Source: Mobula hypostoma (Eukaryota). From it: DNA of 64,000 bases. The notes beneath the pieces are model-generated. The model had not been told where the DNA came from. It did no database searches and saw only the letters and a list, made by a program, of their open reading frames with translations. The stretch is from the NCBI RefSeq assembly GCF_963921235.1, contig NC_086097.1, positions 225,124,001 to 225,188,000 of the forward strand, given 5' to 3'. Shown here in pieces: positions 62,565-64,000 of this stretch; position 1 is the stretch's first letter, and every line of letters starts with the position of its first letter. The translations under genes and the position numbers were made by a program.

Positions 62565-62820
62565 CGGCCTGGTACGGTAGCAGTTGTCATAACGCTGCTA
62601 ACTACAGCAGTGATCGTGGTTTAATTCCCATTGCTGTCTATGAGGAGTTTGCATCGCCACAATGGCTTCCTCCGGGTGCTCCACATACAGGTTAGGAGCA
62701 GAAAGCTGTGGGCATGGTATGTTGTCACCAAATCCTTGGACTGCATTGGTCATTGATCCAGTTGATGCAATTCGCTGCATGTTTTGATGTACATGTAACA
62801 AATAAAGTTAATCAATCTAA
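62565..62820 (+). mobile_element. V-type SINE with Rex1-like tail
   Basis: GGTTTAATTCCC, GAGGAGTTTG, TTCCTCCGGGTGCTCC, tail ACATGTAACAAATAAAGTTAATC. Confidence 0.7.
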
Positions 62821-63511
62821 TTTTAAGAAGATACCCCGAGTCAGGTAATCATGACTCATATGGATTTGTTGATGAAGAGGTAATGTGGTCACAATTCCAG
62901 TTCATGATAAAACTCAACATCTATAGTAGATTTGAGTAGTTCTTCACCTCCTGCTTAGACAATGGCTAAAAAATAGAGATGTAGGAAGATTGTAGAGGAA
63001 AGTTTTGTGCAGTTCTGCAAAGTATTCAGAAAGGCTTTCTTCTTCTAACTAGTTCCTTTTGTAAAATCTAGAATACCAAGTGCTTTGGTATTCTAAATGT
63101 TTGACCATGAAGATATTAAATTGAACAGCTCTTGATATTATTAAGTTCAACTCAACTGCATCAATGGACCAGATTTCTGACTATTATGGAGATGACATAT
63201 TCCACAGTTTTTTGGGAAGAGGATTATCTCTTATTCTCATCTTCTCCCTGTTTAACTCTGCTGTGTCAATCTCCAACCCAATGTCAGAGAAGTGGCTTGT
63301 TGGTTGCAGTGTTCACCCAGGAAATCCTTGCAATAGTTTATCAGTACCCCTCCACTCCCACCCACCAACACCCCAAACCCCTCCATTACTTCAGGTAATG
63401 GTTCCACTTGAAAAAATCTAGGCACAACTGTAATGTATGGACCTATTTCTTTTAGAGCAATAACCTCCCCCTTAGCACTATGTATTGATCTGTTGTCTAT
63501 GCATGTCCATT

Positions 63512-63547
<36 letters not shown>
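63512..63547. repeat. (GCTC)n plus (CT)n microsatellite
   Basis: Seen directly. Confidence 0.95.
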
Positions 63548-64000
63548 ATTGCAATGTGAATACACCAGTTAAGGCCATCTCCTGCGTGCGTGCTTTTATT
63601 TAATTGATATGTAGTTGTGCACAGACCCAACCAATTGGTGATGAGTATGAACCTGAATATCAGAAAATATCATGAACTGAACTGTCAGTTACAGGGCAAA
63701 ACAGTGAAAGTTAAACAGCATGAGAGGCCGTTTCAAGGACGTTAACAAAGGCGTGAGTACAGCATAGTACACCGTAAAAGATGCATGGAATTTAAAGCAA
63801 AAATAACCTGGTGTTGGTTTCAGTCATGAAAGATGATGAATTTGATGTGTTAATGAAGATAGGGAGTTGTATATCGAGAGGGTTGAACTATATTGTAACA
63901 CAAACCACACGGAGGACAAAAAGAGAGCCCTTACACTTCTTAGCTTAATGGGCCCAAGAACGCACAGTCTCTTACACAACTTAGTTATGTAAGAAAAGCC

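Noticed and set aside
63069..63095. Perfect 11-bp inverted repeat TAGAATACCAA / TTGGTATTCTA
   Set aside because: Isolated and short, probably a local template-switch mutation.

Overview
Eukaryotic non-coding (intergenic or deep intronic) DNA from a vertebrate. The repeat content (CR1/HER1-like LINEs, HE1/V-type tRNA-SINEs, Rex1/Babar, Penelope-like elements) suggests a cartilaginous fish, probably a ray; this is inference from recalled families, not a database result. I recognise no intact host gene, and every long ORF is transposon-derived or its antisense shadow. About 1-41 kb and 61-64 kb are dense with nested TEs. About 41.1-53.2 kb and 55.6-61.3 kb are AT-rich, lack recognisable TEs and hold islands resembling conserved non-coding elements. 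Main points of interest: recurrent fold-back derivatives of Penelope pseudo-LTRs (pLTRs) with target-site duplications (TSDs), degenerate hammerhead ribozyme cores, a Charlie/MER1-like hAT element carrying a CR1 fragment, RTE-derived bipartite elements, SINE tail swapping, a degenerate 27-bp tandem array and CTCF-like motifs. Boundaries are approximate unless a TSD or TIR is quoted.
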